Shown: positions 1 through 9,249, counted from the stretch's first letter. The stretch: 64,000 bases of DNA from Candidatus Falkowbacteria bacterium (GCA_026396805.1 JAPLVZ010000011.1:54135-118134); one strand, 5' to 3'. The notes: generated by a model from the sequence alone, not told the origin. Numbers and translations: made by a program.

Positions 1-2476
1 CGACGGCGCGATTTTTGCTCGTCCCGGCCGTGACCACGGTAAAGGTCCCGAATGATTCATTGATGTCCGGAGCCATAATCTTGATGCCCATATTACGGCA
101 TTCTTCAATCTCAATCGCTACGCGATCAGTGTCGCCCTGGTCCGAAGTTAAAAGCGCCGCCATGAATTCTACCGGCCAATGCGCTTTTAAATACGCAGTC
201 TGATAACCGATAAGGGCGTAGCAGGCGGCATGACTCCGGTTAAAGCCATAACCGGCGAAAGGTTCGATAAAAGAAAAGACTTTCTCGCCTAATTCTTTAT
301 AAACGCCATTTTTCACTCCGCCTTCGATAAATTTTTCTTTCTGTTCGGCCAGTAATGAAGGGATTTTCTTACCCATGGCTTTGCGTAAAATATCGGCCTG
401 ACCCATGGTAAAGCCGGCTAAATCTCTGGCGATCTGCATGACTTGTTCCTGATAAATCGCGACGCCGTAAGTCTTTTCCAAAATAGGCGCCAATTTCGGG
501 TGGAGATAGCTTACTTTCTTGGTTTGGTGCTTGCCGGCGATATAATCGGGAATCCATTCCATCGGTCCCGGACGGTATAAGGCGACCATGGCGATAATAT
601 CTTCAAAAACCGTCGGCTTCAGTTCGCGCAGACAGCGTTTCATGCCGGAAGATTCAAACTGGAAGACGCCGGTAGTTTCCCCGGTTTGAAATATTTTATA
701 CGTCTTGGCGTCGCCAAGCGGAATCTTATCAATATCTATTTCCAATCCGCGGGTATTTTTAATGATTTTTAGAGCCGATTCGATGATAGTCAGATTTTTT
801 AAGCCCAAAAAATCCATTTTTAACAGGCCCAAGTCTTCAACCGGATGAAGCGAATATTGCGAGATAACGCTCTTATCGGCGGAAGAAGCGTATTGGATGG
901 GCACGTATTCAGTTAAGGGTTCTTTGGTGATTAAAACGCCGCAAGCATGCGTTGAGGCGTGGCGCGCGACGCCTTCCAGCCGCTTCGCGTAGTCAAGAAT
1001 TTTCTTGGCGGCCGGTTCGCTGTTATACATTTCCTTTAATTCGGGAACGGTTTTGAGCGCTTCATCCAGCTTCATGAACATCGGAATGCTTTTGGAAATC
1101 TTATCGCAATATTCATACGGTTCGTCCAAAACGCGGCCGACATCGCGCACGGCCGCCCGAGCCGCCATCGTTCCGAAAGTGATAATTTGGGCGACATGAT
1201 TCTGGCCGTATTTCTTTTCCACGTATTTCAAAACTTCGCCACGCCGTGTATCGGCAAAATCCATATCGATATCGGGCATGGAAATACGATCAGGATTCAG
1301 GAAGCGCTCAAAAAGCAAGTCGTATTTAAGAGGGTCTAAATTAGTGATGCCGGTCAGATAGCAAACCAGCGATCCGGCGGCGCTGCCGCGGCCCGGACCG
1401 ACGACAATCTTATTGTCTTTCGCCCAATTGATAAAATCGGCGACAATCAAAAAATAAGACGGCCAACCCATTTTCGTTATCACCGCCAACTCATATTCTA
1501 AACGTTCCTGAATCTTGGCCGTTTCTTCGTCGCTCGCCTCGGGAAAACGTTTGCCAATTCCCCGCTCGCACCATTCTTTCAAGTAAGAAGCGCCGTCATA
1601 CCCGCTCGGAACTTCAAAATGCGGCAATTGGATATTACCCAATTCAATTTCCACATTGCACATCTCCGCGATTTTCAAGGTGTTGGCGATCGCTTCCGGC
1701 GTTTCTTCGAAGGCGGCAATCATTTCCGCGTTCGGGCGCAAAGAATAATCGCCGTGACCGAGCATTTTCATCCGATCGCTGTCGGTAATTTTTTTCTTAC
1801 TCTGCAGACATAAGAGGATATCCTGCGCTTCAGCGTCTTCTTTCTTAAAATAATGGACATCATTAGTCGCGACCAGAGGCACGCCTAATTCACGAGAGAA
1901 TTTAATCAGAGCCTGATTGACCTTATCCAAGTCCTCCAATTCCGGATGATCCATTATTTCCAAGTAAAAATTACCTTGCCCGAATAAATTATTATATTCA
2001 TTTATTCTGGTTTTGGCTTCTTCTAACTTATCGGCAATAATTAAACGCGGAATTTCTCCGGCCAGACAGGCCGTCGAAGCGATCAGACCTTCATGATGTT
2101 TTTGGAGTATTTCCCAGTCAATCCGCGGTTTATAATAAAACCCCTCGATATGAGCGTGGGAAACGAGTTTGATAAGGTTCTTATAGCCGACCAAATTCTT
2201 AGCCAATAAAAGCAAATGATAGCCGCGGCCGTCTTCACGCGTATTCTTATCAAAGCGAGAATTAGGGGCGACATAGGTCTCAACTCCTAAAATCGGCTTA
2301 ATTCCCGCCTTTTTAGCCTTCTGATAGAACTCTATGACTCCATACATGGTTCCGTGGTCGGTCAAGGCGATGGCCGGAGACCCTTGATCTTTAGCAAAAT
2401 TAACCATCTCGTCCAGCTTAGTTAAGCCGTCAAGCAAGGAATAATGACTATGATTGTGGAGATGGACAAAAGACAT
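1..2476 (-). CDS. dnaE: DNA polymerase III alpha subunit (N-terminal ~825 codons; remainder lies beyond window start)
   Basis: Absent from the ORF track because the frame is open to the window edge. Manual translation from ATG (complement of 2474-2476) gives MSFVHLHNHSHYSLLDGLTKLDEMVNFAKDQGSPAIALTDHGTMYG (PHP domain). Later motifs: GPGRGSAAGSLVCYLTGITNLDP, KMDFLGLKNLT, ALYRPGPM, GYGFNRSHAACYA. Confidence 0.93.
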   Translation of the reverse strand, partial: MSFVHLHNHSHYSLLDGLTKLDEMVNFAKDQGSPAIALTDHGTMYGVIEFYQKAKKAGIKPILGVETYVAPNSRFDKNTREDGRGYHLLLLAKNLVGYKNLIKLVSHAHIEGFYYKPRIDWEILQKHHEGLIASTACLAGEIPRLIIADKLEEAKTRINEYNNLFGQGNFYLEIMDHPELEDLDKVNQALIKFSRELGVPLVATNDVHYFKKEDAEAQDILLCLQSKKKITDSDRMKMLGHGDYSLRPNAEMIAAFEETPEAIANTLKIAEMCNVEIELGNIQLPHFEVPSGYDGASYLKEWCERGIGKRFPEASDEETAKIQERLEYELAVITKMGWPSYFLIVADFINWAKDNKIVVGPGRGSAAGSLVCYLTGITNLDPLKYDLLFERFLNPDRISMPDIDMDFADTRRGEVLKYVEKKYGQNHVAQIITFGTMAARAAVRDVGRVLDEPYEYCDKISKSIPMFMKLDEALKTVPELKEMYNSEPAAKKILDYAKRLEGVARHASTHACGVLITKEPLTEYVPIQYASSADKSVISQYSLHPVEDLGLLKMDFLGLKNLTIIESALKIIKNTRGLEIDIDKIPLGDAKTYKIFQTGETTGVFQFESSGMKRCLRELKPTVFEDIIAMVALYRPGPMEWIPDYIAGKHQTKKVSYLHPKLAPILEKTYGVAIYQEQVMQIARDLAGFTMGQADILRKAMGKKIPSLLAEQKEKFIEGGVKNGVYKELGEKVFSFIEPFAGYGFNRSHAACYALIGYQTAYLKAHWPVEFMAALLTSDQGDTDRVAIEIEECRNMGIKIMAPDINESFGTFTVVTAGTSKNRAV

Positions 2477-2514
2477 GGAGAAATACTTTAAAAAAAATTA
2501 AGTTTTCTCTTATC

Positions 2515-2543
2515 ATTCTAGTATAAGAAGCCTTGGCTGACAA
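2515..2543 (-). promoter_or_regulatory. sigma70-type promoter for dnaE (TTGTCA-17-TAGAAT)
   Basis: Minus strand: TTGTCA (2543-2538), 17-nt spacer, TAGAAT (2520-2515), 38 nt upstream of the dnaE ATG. Confidence 0.55.
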
Positions 2544-2544
2544 C

Positions 2545-2573
2545 TTGACACCATTTTATAAAAAATGTATAAT
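2545..2573 (+). promoter_or_regulatory. perfect-consensus sigma70 promoter (TTGACA-17-TATAAT) with no CDS downstream
   Basis: TTGACA 2545-2550, 17-nt spacer, TATAAT 2568-2573. Sits back-to-back with the dnaE promoter. Confidence 0.7.
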
Positions 2574-2579
2574 TGAAGT

Positions 2580-2760
2580 AGTTCTTCATTTTAACTAGGT
2601 TTAGAACTGAAACCCGGGACGGGATAGGCAGGTTAGTGTTGTATTCGTAATTCTCATTCACTCATTTTCCCTACCGGGAAGGCTTCTTTACATAGGAGCC
2701 TTTTTCATAAAAGGAGCCTTTTTTCTTATAAGAAGAGCCGGCGACCCGGCTCTTTTATTA
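2580..2760 (+). ncRNA. candidate ~180-nt small RNA, family unknown
   Basis: Bounded by the consensus promoter and an intrinsic terminator, with no ORF. Visible stems: AGTTCT/AGAACT, CCCGGGACGGGA/TCCCTACCGGG, AAGGCT/AGCCTT. Confidence 0.4.
2733..2760. terminator. intrinsic terminator between the convergent candidate sRNA and parB
   Basis: Stem GAGCCGG (2735-2741) / CCGGCTC (2746-2752), loop CGAC, followed by TTTTATT. Confidence 0.65.
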
Positions 2761-2792
2761 TATCTGTCTGGTTATTGGTTATCGCCATCTGT

Positions 2793-3677
2793 CTATAACT
2801 TGTTTATTTTTTTTAATATCGCTATTAATTCTTCTTCACTATAAAAATCAATCACTATCTGGCCGCGTTTGCCCCGTCTCTTTAATTCCACTTTCGTCCC
2901 CAAAAATTCGCCCAATTCGTTTTCTTGGGCGCGGTCGGAATAATCTTTTTCCTTTGTTTCTTTAGTGCCGGTCAATCTTTTGATCTCCGAACCGGTGGCC
3001 GCGACCGTCAGGTTCTGGCGCAAGATTTTCTTCAGCATGTTCAGCTGTTTCGCCTCGCTTTCCAAGCTTAATAAATATTTAGCATGCGCCTCGGAAATCT
3101 TGCCGTCAGCTAATGCCTCTTGAATCGCCGGCGGCAGAGCTAAAAGACGTAAAGCGTTGGCGACGCTCGAACGAGCCTTGCCGACTTTTTTGGCCGTCTC
3201 TTCTTGAGTAATATTAAATTCATCAATCAAACGCTGATAAGCTCGGGCGATTTCCAAGGGATTAAGATTTTCGCGCTGAAGGTTTTCTATCAAAGACAAT
3301 TCTAACTTCTTCTGATCCTTCTCCTCTCGGACTATCACCGGCACTTCTTTTAAGCCGATGAGTTTGGCGCTACGCAAACGGCGTTCGCCGGCGATAAGTT
3401 CGAACTTGTCCCCTTTCCTGGTAACGATTAAGGGCTGAATTATTCCGTGCTGTTTAATAGATTCCGCCAGATCATTTAAAGCGCTTTCAGAAAAATGCGT
3501 CCGCGGCTGTTGGGGATTAATATCTATCCTATCGGGACTTATTCTTAGGATTCTGTCGCCGTCGTTTAAAACCACGGTTTCCTCTTCCGAGCTGGCCGCT
3601 TTAAAAGGGTTTTGTCCGTAAGTAACGGTTTTTTTGGGGATTAAGGAGCCGAGTCCTCGGCCTAAACCTTGAGGCAT
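2793..3677 (-). CDS. parB: chromosome partitioning protein ParB/Spo0J
   Basis: 294-aa ORF with the ParB-box motif LIVTRKGDKFELIAGERRLRSAKLIG and HTH TQEETAKKVGKARSSVANALRLL. Confidence 0.93.
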   Translation of the reverse strand: MPQGLGRGLGSLIPKKTVTYGQNPFKAASSEEETVVLNDGDRILRISPDRIDINPQQPRTHFSESALNDLAESIKQHGIIQPLIVTRKGDKFELIAGERRLRSAKLIGLKEVPVIVREEKDQKKLELSLIENLQRENLNPLEIARAYQRLIDEFNITQEETAKKVGKARSSVANALRLLALPPAIQEALADGKISEAHAKYLLSLESEAKQLNMLKKILRQNLTVAATGSEIKRLTGTKETKEKDYSDRAQENELGEFLGTKVELKRRGKRGQIVIDFYSEEELIAILKKINKL

Positions 3678-3709
3678 ATATTATTTAAAAAAAATAAAGA
3701 ATTTAAAAA

Positions 3710-4474
3710 TTATTTTTCCAAGCTCAAAATTTCCCGCGCCAAACCTTCATAAGCCTTGCCGCCCTTGGATTTCGGATCGTAATGTAAAATAGAACGGCCG
3801 TAACTCGGCGCTTCCGCCAGACGGACGCTGCGCGGGATGACGGAACGGAAAATACGATTCGGGAAATATTGATACAATTCGCCCATGACCGATTCCGATA
3901 ATTTATTGCGGCGGTCAAACATAGTTATGACCGCGCCCATAATGCCTAGACCGGGCTTTAAATTATTTTGGACCAAGCCGATAGTTTCCAAGAGCTGGCT
4001 TAACCCCTCTAGGGCGTAATATTCGCTTTGGATAGGGATAAGAACTTCATCGGCCGCGACCAGACTGTTGACCGTCAAGAGCCCGAGCGAAGGCGGGCCG
4101 TCAATGATAATATAATCAAAATCTTTTTTAACTTCTTCTAAAATATTGGACAGGAGGAATTCGCGATTATCAAGACCAACCATTTCAACGCTGGCCCCGG
4201 CCAAAGATATGGTCGCCGGAGCGATATGAAGACCTTTTTGAACTGTCCTTTTTATGACTTCAAAGAGCGGCTTATTGCCGACCAGAGCCTCATAAATACC
4301 GACTTCTAAAGTACGATGATCGATTCCCAGTCCGGAAGTCGCGTTCGCTTGAGGATCAATATCGACTAAGAGAACCCGTTTGCCCAGGTGAGCCAAATAG
4401 GCGCTAAGATTGACGGAAGTTGTGGTTTTCCCGACCCCGCCTTTTTGGTTAACGATGGCAATTATTTTCCCCAT
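3710..4474 (-). CDS. parA: chromosome partitioning ATPase ParA/Soj
   Basis: 254-aa ORF. Deviant Walker A NQKGGVGKTTT, plus LLVDIDPQANATSG. Lies directly upstream of parB. Confidence 0.94.
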   Translation of the reverse strand: MGKIIAIVNQKGGVGKTTTSVNLSAYLAHLGKRVLLVDIDPQANATSGLGIDHRTLEVGIYEALVGNKPLFEVIKRTVQKGLHIAPATISLAGASVEMVGLDNREFLLSNILEEVKKDFDYIIIDGPPSLGLLTVNSLVAADEVLIPIQSEYYALEGLSQLLETIGLVQNNLKPGLGIMGAVITMFDRRNKLSESVMGELYQYFPNRIFRSVIPRSVRLAEAPSYGRSILHYDPKSKGGKAYEGLAREILSLEK

Positions 4475-4504
4475 ATACAGATATTATATAGCAAAGAATC
4501 CCTT

Positions 4505-4533
4505 TTGACAATTAATAATTTATTGATTATACT
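4505..4533 (+). promoter_or_regulatory. sigma70-type promoter for tRNA-Leu (TTGACA-17-TATACT)
   Basis: TTGACA 4505-4510, 17-nt spacer, TATACT 4528-4533. The tRNA starts 19 nt downstream. Confidence 0.65.
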
Positions 4534-4551
4534 AAACTCGTAATAATAATC

Positions 4552-4638
4552 GCCCGAGTGTCGAAACTGGTAGACGATCACGACTCAAAATCGTGCGGCC
4601 TCACGGCCATGAGGGTTCGACTCCCTCCTCGGGCACCA
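4552..4638 (+). tRNA. tRNA-Leu(CAA), class II long variable arm, CCA encoded
   Basis: Hand-folded. Acceptor GCCCGAG/CTCGGGC; anticodon arm CACGA-CTCAAAA-TCGTG; variable arm GGCC-TCAC-GGCC; T arm GAGGG-TTCGACT-CCCTC; 3' end ACCA. Confidence 0.92.
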
Positions 4639-4683
4639 AAACGGAACCAATCGGTTGGCAACTATTATTATCAATTAAATTTT

Positions 4684-5967
4684 ATGAATATAAAAAAATA
4701 TTTGAGTTTAGTTTTTGTTCTAACATTTCTAATCGTTGGTGCAAGAACAGTTAAAGCAGATGACGGAGGACCAAACAGCGCTTTTTGGGTAATCGATCAT
4801 AAAACAAATTGTGTAAGTGTAATCAATCCAGAGGCCACAGGCGCTAACGCTTTTCTTGTTTTTGATTATTCCGCTAAGGTAGGTCAAACTCGCGGCAAAC
4901 CTTGGACTATTGTTGAAAAAGGAAAATGTTATGAAGTCGATGACGGAACAGAAGATATGTATTTGATAAAAATTGTAAAAGGAAACGAACGAGATGTGTT
5001 CTCAAATTATACTTCTTATAATTCCACAGACAGTATTCCGCAAATATTTTGCAAAGATAACGCAAGTAATAATCAATATCATGATTATGATTACAGTACA
5101 ACTACACTTGGATATTCAATCACACCCATGCGTTTTTTGGGAGAAAATTCAGTAACCACAACCGCATCGGAATTAATACATTTCACTGGTATCACTGCTA
5201 ACGCCCTTTCCCCGACAAAATATGATTTTGGATTTCCTGTAACTAGTTTTAGTTCGATGATGCCAGAGGAATTAAAACCGATAGTGAATTATCCGTCTTT
5301 TGTTTCAGCAAGTAATTTATACATATCTCTCGCAAAACAATTAGTTAGCACACTCCAATCTTGTGATACTCGTGTTCGTGTTGAGCGTCAATATAATTTT
5401 TTTGATGTAAAAGGAGATTATTCATTTTTAGATGTGAAAAATATTGTTTGGAGACTTGCTAACAATAAAGATGTGATTGTTCAAACATCCAATCGCCAGT
5501 TTAATGATGGTGTTCCTTCAAATATTATAGAATCAAAACCAGATTTACTAAATGAAGTAGACCTTATGGGTTGCAAAACTGCGTTCAGTGGTTTTATACA
5601 AGCACATCAAACAGACTTCAGTACGATTGATCGTTTAGCGCAAGAAGTTATTGCAAAATATCCTAGTGCTTTGAAAAAAGGTGAAAATGATTATTTGTCG
5701 CCGATTAGTTTAAAAAATAGTGCTGAAACTTCAAAAATTCTTGCATTCGCAAATAATTCTAGTACTACATCAGGAATTGTCACAACACCACCAACACAAA
5801 CGCCACAAGTTGTTACGCCAACAGTTTTAGACGAACCAACACCAGAGAAAAAAATTGATCTACTTGTTAATTCTAAAAATCCGTTAATGCGGGCGTATGT
5901 CTATTTACCAATCCTTGCGCTTGTCGGAATAATTATTTTCTTCTTACTTAAAAAACGCCAGAAATAA
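4684..5967 (+). CDS. hypothetical secreted protein with C-terminal membrane anchor
   Basis: Start moved to ATG 4684 because the track start at 4558 overlaps tRNA-Leu. Signal peptide MNIKKYLSLVFVLTFLIVGARTVKA; Pro/Thr linker; C-terminal TM plus KKRQK tail. Confidence 0.75.
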   Translation: MNIKKYLSLVFVLTFLIVGARTVKADDGGPNSAFWVIDHKTNCVSVINPEATGANAFLVFDYSAKVGQTRGKPWTIVEKGKCYEVDDGTEDMYLIKIVKGNERDVFSNYTSYNSTDSIPQIFCKDNASNNQYHDYDYSTTTLGYSITPMRFLGENSVTTTASELIHFTGITANALSPTKYDFGFPVTSFSSMMPEELKPIVNYPSFVSASNLYISLAKQLVSTLQSCDTRVRVERQYNFFDVKGDYSFLDVKNIVWRLANNKDVIVQTSNRQFNDGVPSNIIESKPDLLNEVDLMGCKTAFSGFIQAHQTDFSTIDRLAQEVIAKYPSALKKGENDYLSPISLKNSAETSKILAFANNSSTTSGIVTTPPTQTPQVVTPTVLDEPTPEKKIDLLVNSKNPLMRAYVYLPILALVGIIIFFLLKKRQK

Positions 5968-6302
5968 TGTTTATCGAAAATGCAATTTTGCTCGCGTACG
6001 CCACAACAATCATTTCGGAAATCGCAATCATTCTCGCGATACAACGCCCGAGGGAAATTTGGCAGTGGATAGTTGCGATATTCCTTATTAACTCTTTAAC
6101 TCACCCTCTAGTCATATATCTGTTGCGTGTGCAAGGTGCGCCATATATTCCGGTTGAATTTGGAACATTCTTAATAGAAATGATTTGGTATAAATTGGCG
6201 TTTAATTTGAATTGGAAGCGCTCAATGATTGTTTCAGGGATAGCAAATGCTTTTTCAATTATTGTTGGCGTTGGTATAAGATTACTTTTTGGTTTACAAT
6301 AA
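5967..6302 (+). CDS. hypothetical small integral membrane protein
   Basis: 111-aa ORF with 3-4 hydrophobic segments. Its start overlaps the stop of the upstream gene (ATAATG coupling). Confidence 0.6.
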   Translation: MFIENAILLAYATTIISEIAIILAIQRPREIWQWIVAIFLINSLTHPLVIYLLRVQGAPYIPVEFGTFLIEMIWYKLAFNLNWKRSMIVSGIANAFSIIVGVGIRLLFGLQ

Positions 6303-6493
6303 ATAGGCGGCGCGCCAGTTTCACTGGCACGAAATTCGGCGGCGGCGGAAAGCGAGTGCGGGCAAAAATTCCTTCCCCCCAACCCCCTTCCTTTTTGCCC
6401 GCCCGAGCGTTCAGTTTTGGTTCTGCCGCGCGAAGCGCGGCAATCAGTCAGTTTCGTTCAAAATAGGTTCGAGCAGAGTTGTATAATTCCACC

Positions 6494-6530
6494 AAAAAAA
6501 GACGGGTACTTTCGGTCCCCGTCTTTTTTT
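6494..6530. terminator. bidirectional intrinsic terminator between convergent genes
   Basis: A-run, stem GACGGG (6501-6506) / CCCGTC (6518-6523), then T-run 6524-6530. Confidence 0.7.
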
Positions 6531-6575
6531 ATCCTAAAATTATGGCAATCGGAAATTATCACGTTTGAAAATTAA

Positions 6576-7709
6576 TTATTTTAAAGCGGCGATTATCCCT
6601 CCGCCCAAAACCCGCTTCTGATTATAGAAAACAACGCTCTGCCCCGGCGTCACCGCGCGCTGCGGTTTGGCGAAAGTAACCAGGTAATCCGTTTTATTTC
6701 GGGAGCCCGGCTTATTTTTTCGGCCGCTTTTATCATTTAAAGTCACGACGCAACTGACGGCCGGATGACCGTAGCGGATAACCACGCCGCATTTGAAAGA
6801 TTTTCTCGGCGTTCGGCCGGAGAGCCAATTGACTTTCTTGGCAATTAAACCCTTCTTATATAAAACGCGCTCATCCCAGTTCTTGACGACATAGAGGATA
6901 TTTTTCCGATAATCGAATTTCGCCGCGTAGTAAGGTCCGGTTCCGCCGACCAGACCGCGGCGCTGGCCGATAGTATAAAGCGGCAAGCCTTGATGCTCGC
7001 CGATTTTTTTGTCGGTGTCTAAGGTTCTGATATCGCCGGGGATGAGCTTCAGATATTTTTTTAAAAAATTATTATGGCTGCCGGACAAGAAACAAATATC
7101 CTGGCTTTCCGGCTTAGCCGCGACTTTTAAGCCGAATTTCGCGGCTAATTTTCGAACTTGCGGTTTGGTATAAGTTCCGAGCGGAAATAATAGATGCTTT
7201 AATTCAGCGGGCGTAAACGTATAGAGAAAATATGATTGATCTTTATTTTTGTCTTTAGCTTTAAATAATCGGAATTCCCGACCGACTTTCTTGATGTTCA
7301 AATAATGGCCGGAAGCGACATAATCAAAACCAAGGGCGCGGGCGTGTTTCAACAAAAGCCCTAGTTTAATCCGCTTATTGCAGACAACGCAAGGATTAGG
7401 CGTCCGGCCGGCTCCGTATTCGCTTAAGAAATTATCCACGACCGCCTTCTTAAAAGCGCCGGAAAAATTAAAAGTATAAAATGGAATGCCGATTTTACCC
7501 GCGACCGCGCGGGCGTCCAGAAGCGACTCCAGAGAACAACAGCGATTCTCCGCTTCTGAACCAAGCGTTTCATCTTTCCAAAAATGCAAAAAGACTCCGG
7601 AGACGTCATACCCTTGGTTTTTCAGAAGCTGGGCGGCGACGCTGGAGTCAACTCCGCCGGACATAGCGACCAGGACTTTTTTCCCGGAAAGAGATTTATC
7701 TGATTTCAT
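6576..7709 (-). CDS. mnmA: tRNA 2-thiouridine(34) synthase MnmA
   Basis: 377 aa. PP-loop VLVAMSGGVDSSVAA, plus NPCVVCN and SQDICF motifs typical of MnmA/TrmU. Confidence 0.92.
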   Translation of the reverse strand: MKSDKSLSGKKVLVAMSGGVDSSVAAQLLKNQGYDVSGVFLHFWKDETLGSEAENRCCSLESLLDARAVAGKIGIPFYTFNFSGAFKKAVVDNFLSEYGAGRTPNPCVVCNKRIKLGLLLKHARALGFDYVASGHYLNIKKVGREFRLFKAKDKNKDQSYFLYTFTPAELKHLLFPLGTYTKPQVRKLAAKFGLKVAAKPESQDICFLSGSHNNFLKKYLKLIPGDIRTLDTDKKIGEHQGLPLYTIGQRRGLVGGTGPYYAAKFDYRKNILYVVKNWDERVLYKKGLIAKKVNWLSGRTPRKSFKCGVVIRYGHPAVSCVVTLNDKSGRKNKPGSRNKTDYLVTFAKPQRAVTPGQSVVFYNQKRVLGGGIIAALK

Positions 7710-8871
7710 GTAATTCTTTAAATAATTCTAAATATTCTCCCGCGGTTTTATCCCAAGAAAACATCTGGGCCCGGGCATACCCCAGGGCTATCAAGCGGAC
7801 GCGTAATTTGGCGTCAGTTAAAACGAGTTTTATCGCCTCAAATATTTCTTCCGATTTATAGGGGTTGACCATTATTCCGGCGCCCGCGACTATTTCCGGA
7901 AGGCTGGAAACATTGGAGCAAACGACCGGCAGGCCGTAAGTCATCGCTTCTAAAGGCGGAAAACCGAAACCTTCGTAATAAGACGGATAAACGAAAACAG
8001 CGGCGCGTGAATATAAGATTTCTTTTACTTCTTCATCGATATAACCGAGAAATTTAATTTGATCTTTATAGGGCGAGGCCTGCCAATCGGCATAAATCGG
8101 CGCGTTCTTCCAGCCGGGAGCGCCGGCTAAAATCAGACCGAGATTTTTAAAATTATCCGCCGCCTCTTCGCTCTCGCGGCGCAATTTGTCGTAAGCTTTA
8201 ATCAGGCCGCTGATATTTTTGCGCGGCTCAATATTACCGACATAAAGAATAAAAGGTCCGCTGATGTTTAGTTTACTAAGACAAGTTTCAACTTTCTCCG
8301 CCACCCAGTCCTTTTTAACGACATTATTTCCGGAATAAATCACTTTTATTTTAGCGGCGCCAATGCCGGCTAATTCCATAATGTCATTTTTCGTATTGGC
8401 CGAAACCGCGATTATTTTATCGGCCTGCCTTAATATTCTTTTGACGCCCAGAGATTTATGCCAAAAATTCTTGCGCCAACTGAAAAATCGCGGATATCTT
8501 AAAAAAGATAAATCATGGACGGTAATAACTTTTTTCAACCCGGATTTTGAACCGCTTAGTTTCGTAAAATTAAAATGCGGCGACCAAAAAATATCCGCTC
8601 CTCCCAAAACTTTATCCAGACGCGGATAGCCAAAAACTTTCTGCAGACAATAATTAAAGATTTTATTCGGCCAGTGGAGGCCGATAACTTGAAAATTTTG
8701 GCTGTTCCATTTATTTAAACGCCCGCCAAGATCATGATAGGAATTATAGAATAACTTATATTCATTAATCTTATCGGCCTTCAATATGGCCGACAATAAA
8801 TTAGCGGTATATTCCGATATGCCGCTATAATGCTTATCCATTAAAACTCTGATATCGACCCCTATTTTCAT
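7696..8871 (-). CDS. glycosyltransferase family 4 (GT-B, GT1-type C-terminal domain)
   Basis: 391 aa with the C-terminal motif VFVYPSYYEGFGFPPLEAMTYGLPVVCS. Confidence 0.85.
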   Translation of the reverse strand: MKIGVDIRVLMDKHYSGISEYTANLLSAILKADKINEYKLFYNSYHDLGGRLNKWNSQNFQVIGLHWPNKIFNYCLQKVFGYPRLDKVLGGADIFWSPHFNFTKLSGSKSGLKKVITVHDLSFLRYPRFFSWRKNFWHKSLGVKRILRQADKIIAVSANTKNDIMELAGIGAAKIKVIYSGNNVVKKDWVAEKVETCLSKLNISGPFILYVGNIEPRKNISGLIKAYDKLRRESEEAADNFKNLGLILAGAPGWKNAPIYADWQASPYKDQIKFLGYIDEEVKEILYSRAAVFVYPSYYEGFGFPPLEAMTYGLPVVCSNVSSLPEIVAGAGIMVNPYKSEEIFEAIKLVLTDAKLRVRLIALGYARAQMFSWDKTAGEYLELFKELHEIR

Positions 8872-8896
8872 AGAAATTGGCTAGTATTTTAAGGGC

Positions 8897-8925
8897 TTGA
8901 CAATAATTAAAGAGAAGATTAAGAT
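8897..8925 (+). promoter_or_regulatory. promoter-like element TTGACA-17-TAAGAT (orphan, + strand)
   Basis: TTGACA 8897-8902, 17-nt spacer, TAAGAT 8920-8925. No + strand CDS follows; a terminator-like hairpin lies at ~9196-9236. Confidence 0.4.
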
Positions 8926-9195
8926 AGAAACTATCAAATTAAGGCTGAACGTGAAATGGGTCGGACATCAAAAGCTAGCAATAATTTTCTGAAATACTTA
9001 ACTAGTCAAACGTAAGCATACGTAAACTGACTAATAGTTAACTAAACGGAAAAAAATAAATTATTTGCACCCGGGTGCTGTAATCCCATTAAAAATCATC
9101 ACAATCAGCTTATTCTGACAAGATACCTTTTTAACCCCCCCGGCCAGCCGGAAGATGCTCATTTGGAGCATAAATCTTGATCAGAAAATTTTGGA

Positions 9196-9236
9196 GAGGC
9201 AGACACAATCGTTTGCCTCTCTTTTCTTTTTTAACA
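9196..9236. terminator. intrinsic terminator hairpin (usable on both strands)
   Basis: GAGAGGCA...TGCCTCTC stem followed by TTTTCTTTTTT. Lies just downstream of the stop of the 9250-10410 gene. Confidence 0.6.
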
Positions 9237-9249
9237 TCCGTTACTTTCT

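Noticed and set aside
4558-4683. N-terminal 42 codons of the track ORF 4558-5967
   Set aside because: This segment is the translation of tRNA-Leu(CAA) (4552-4638). A canonical signal peptide begins at the internal ATG 4684.
6316-6332. parS-like sequence (AGTTTCACTGGC) near the par genes
   Set aside because: It matches only half of the TGTTTCACGTGAAACA consensus and is better explained as a simple hairpin.
6101-6466. ORFs 6101-6382 (minus, 93 aa) and 6212-6466 (plus, 84 aa)
   Set aside because: They overlap each other and the hairpin cluster, have Gly/Ala/Arg/Pro-rich artefactual composition, and have no start context.
9125-9175. SRP RNA helix 8-like string CCAGCCGGAAGATGC
   Set aside because: The flanks do not form the conserved symmetric/asymmetric loops (AGCA/GGAA context), and the closing pairs are mismatched.
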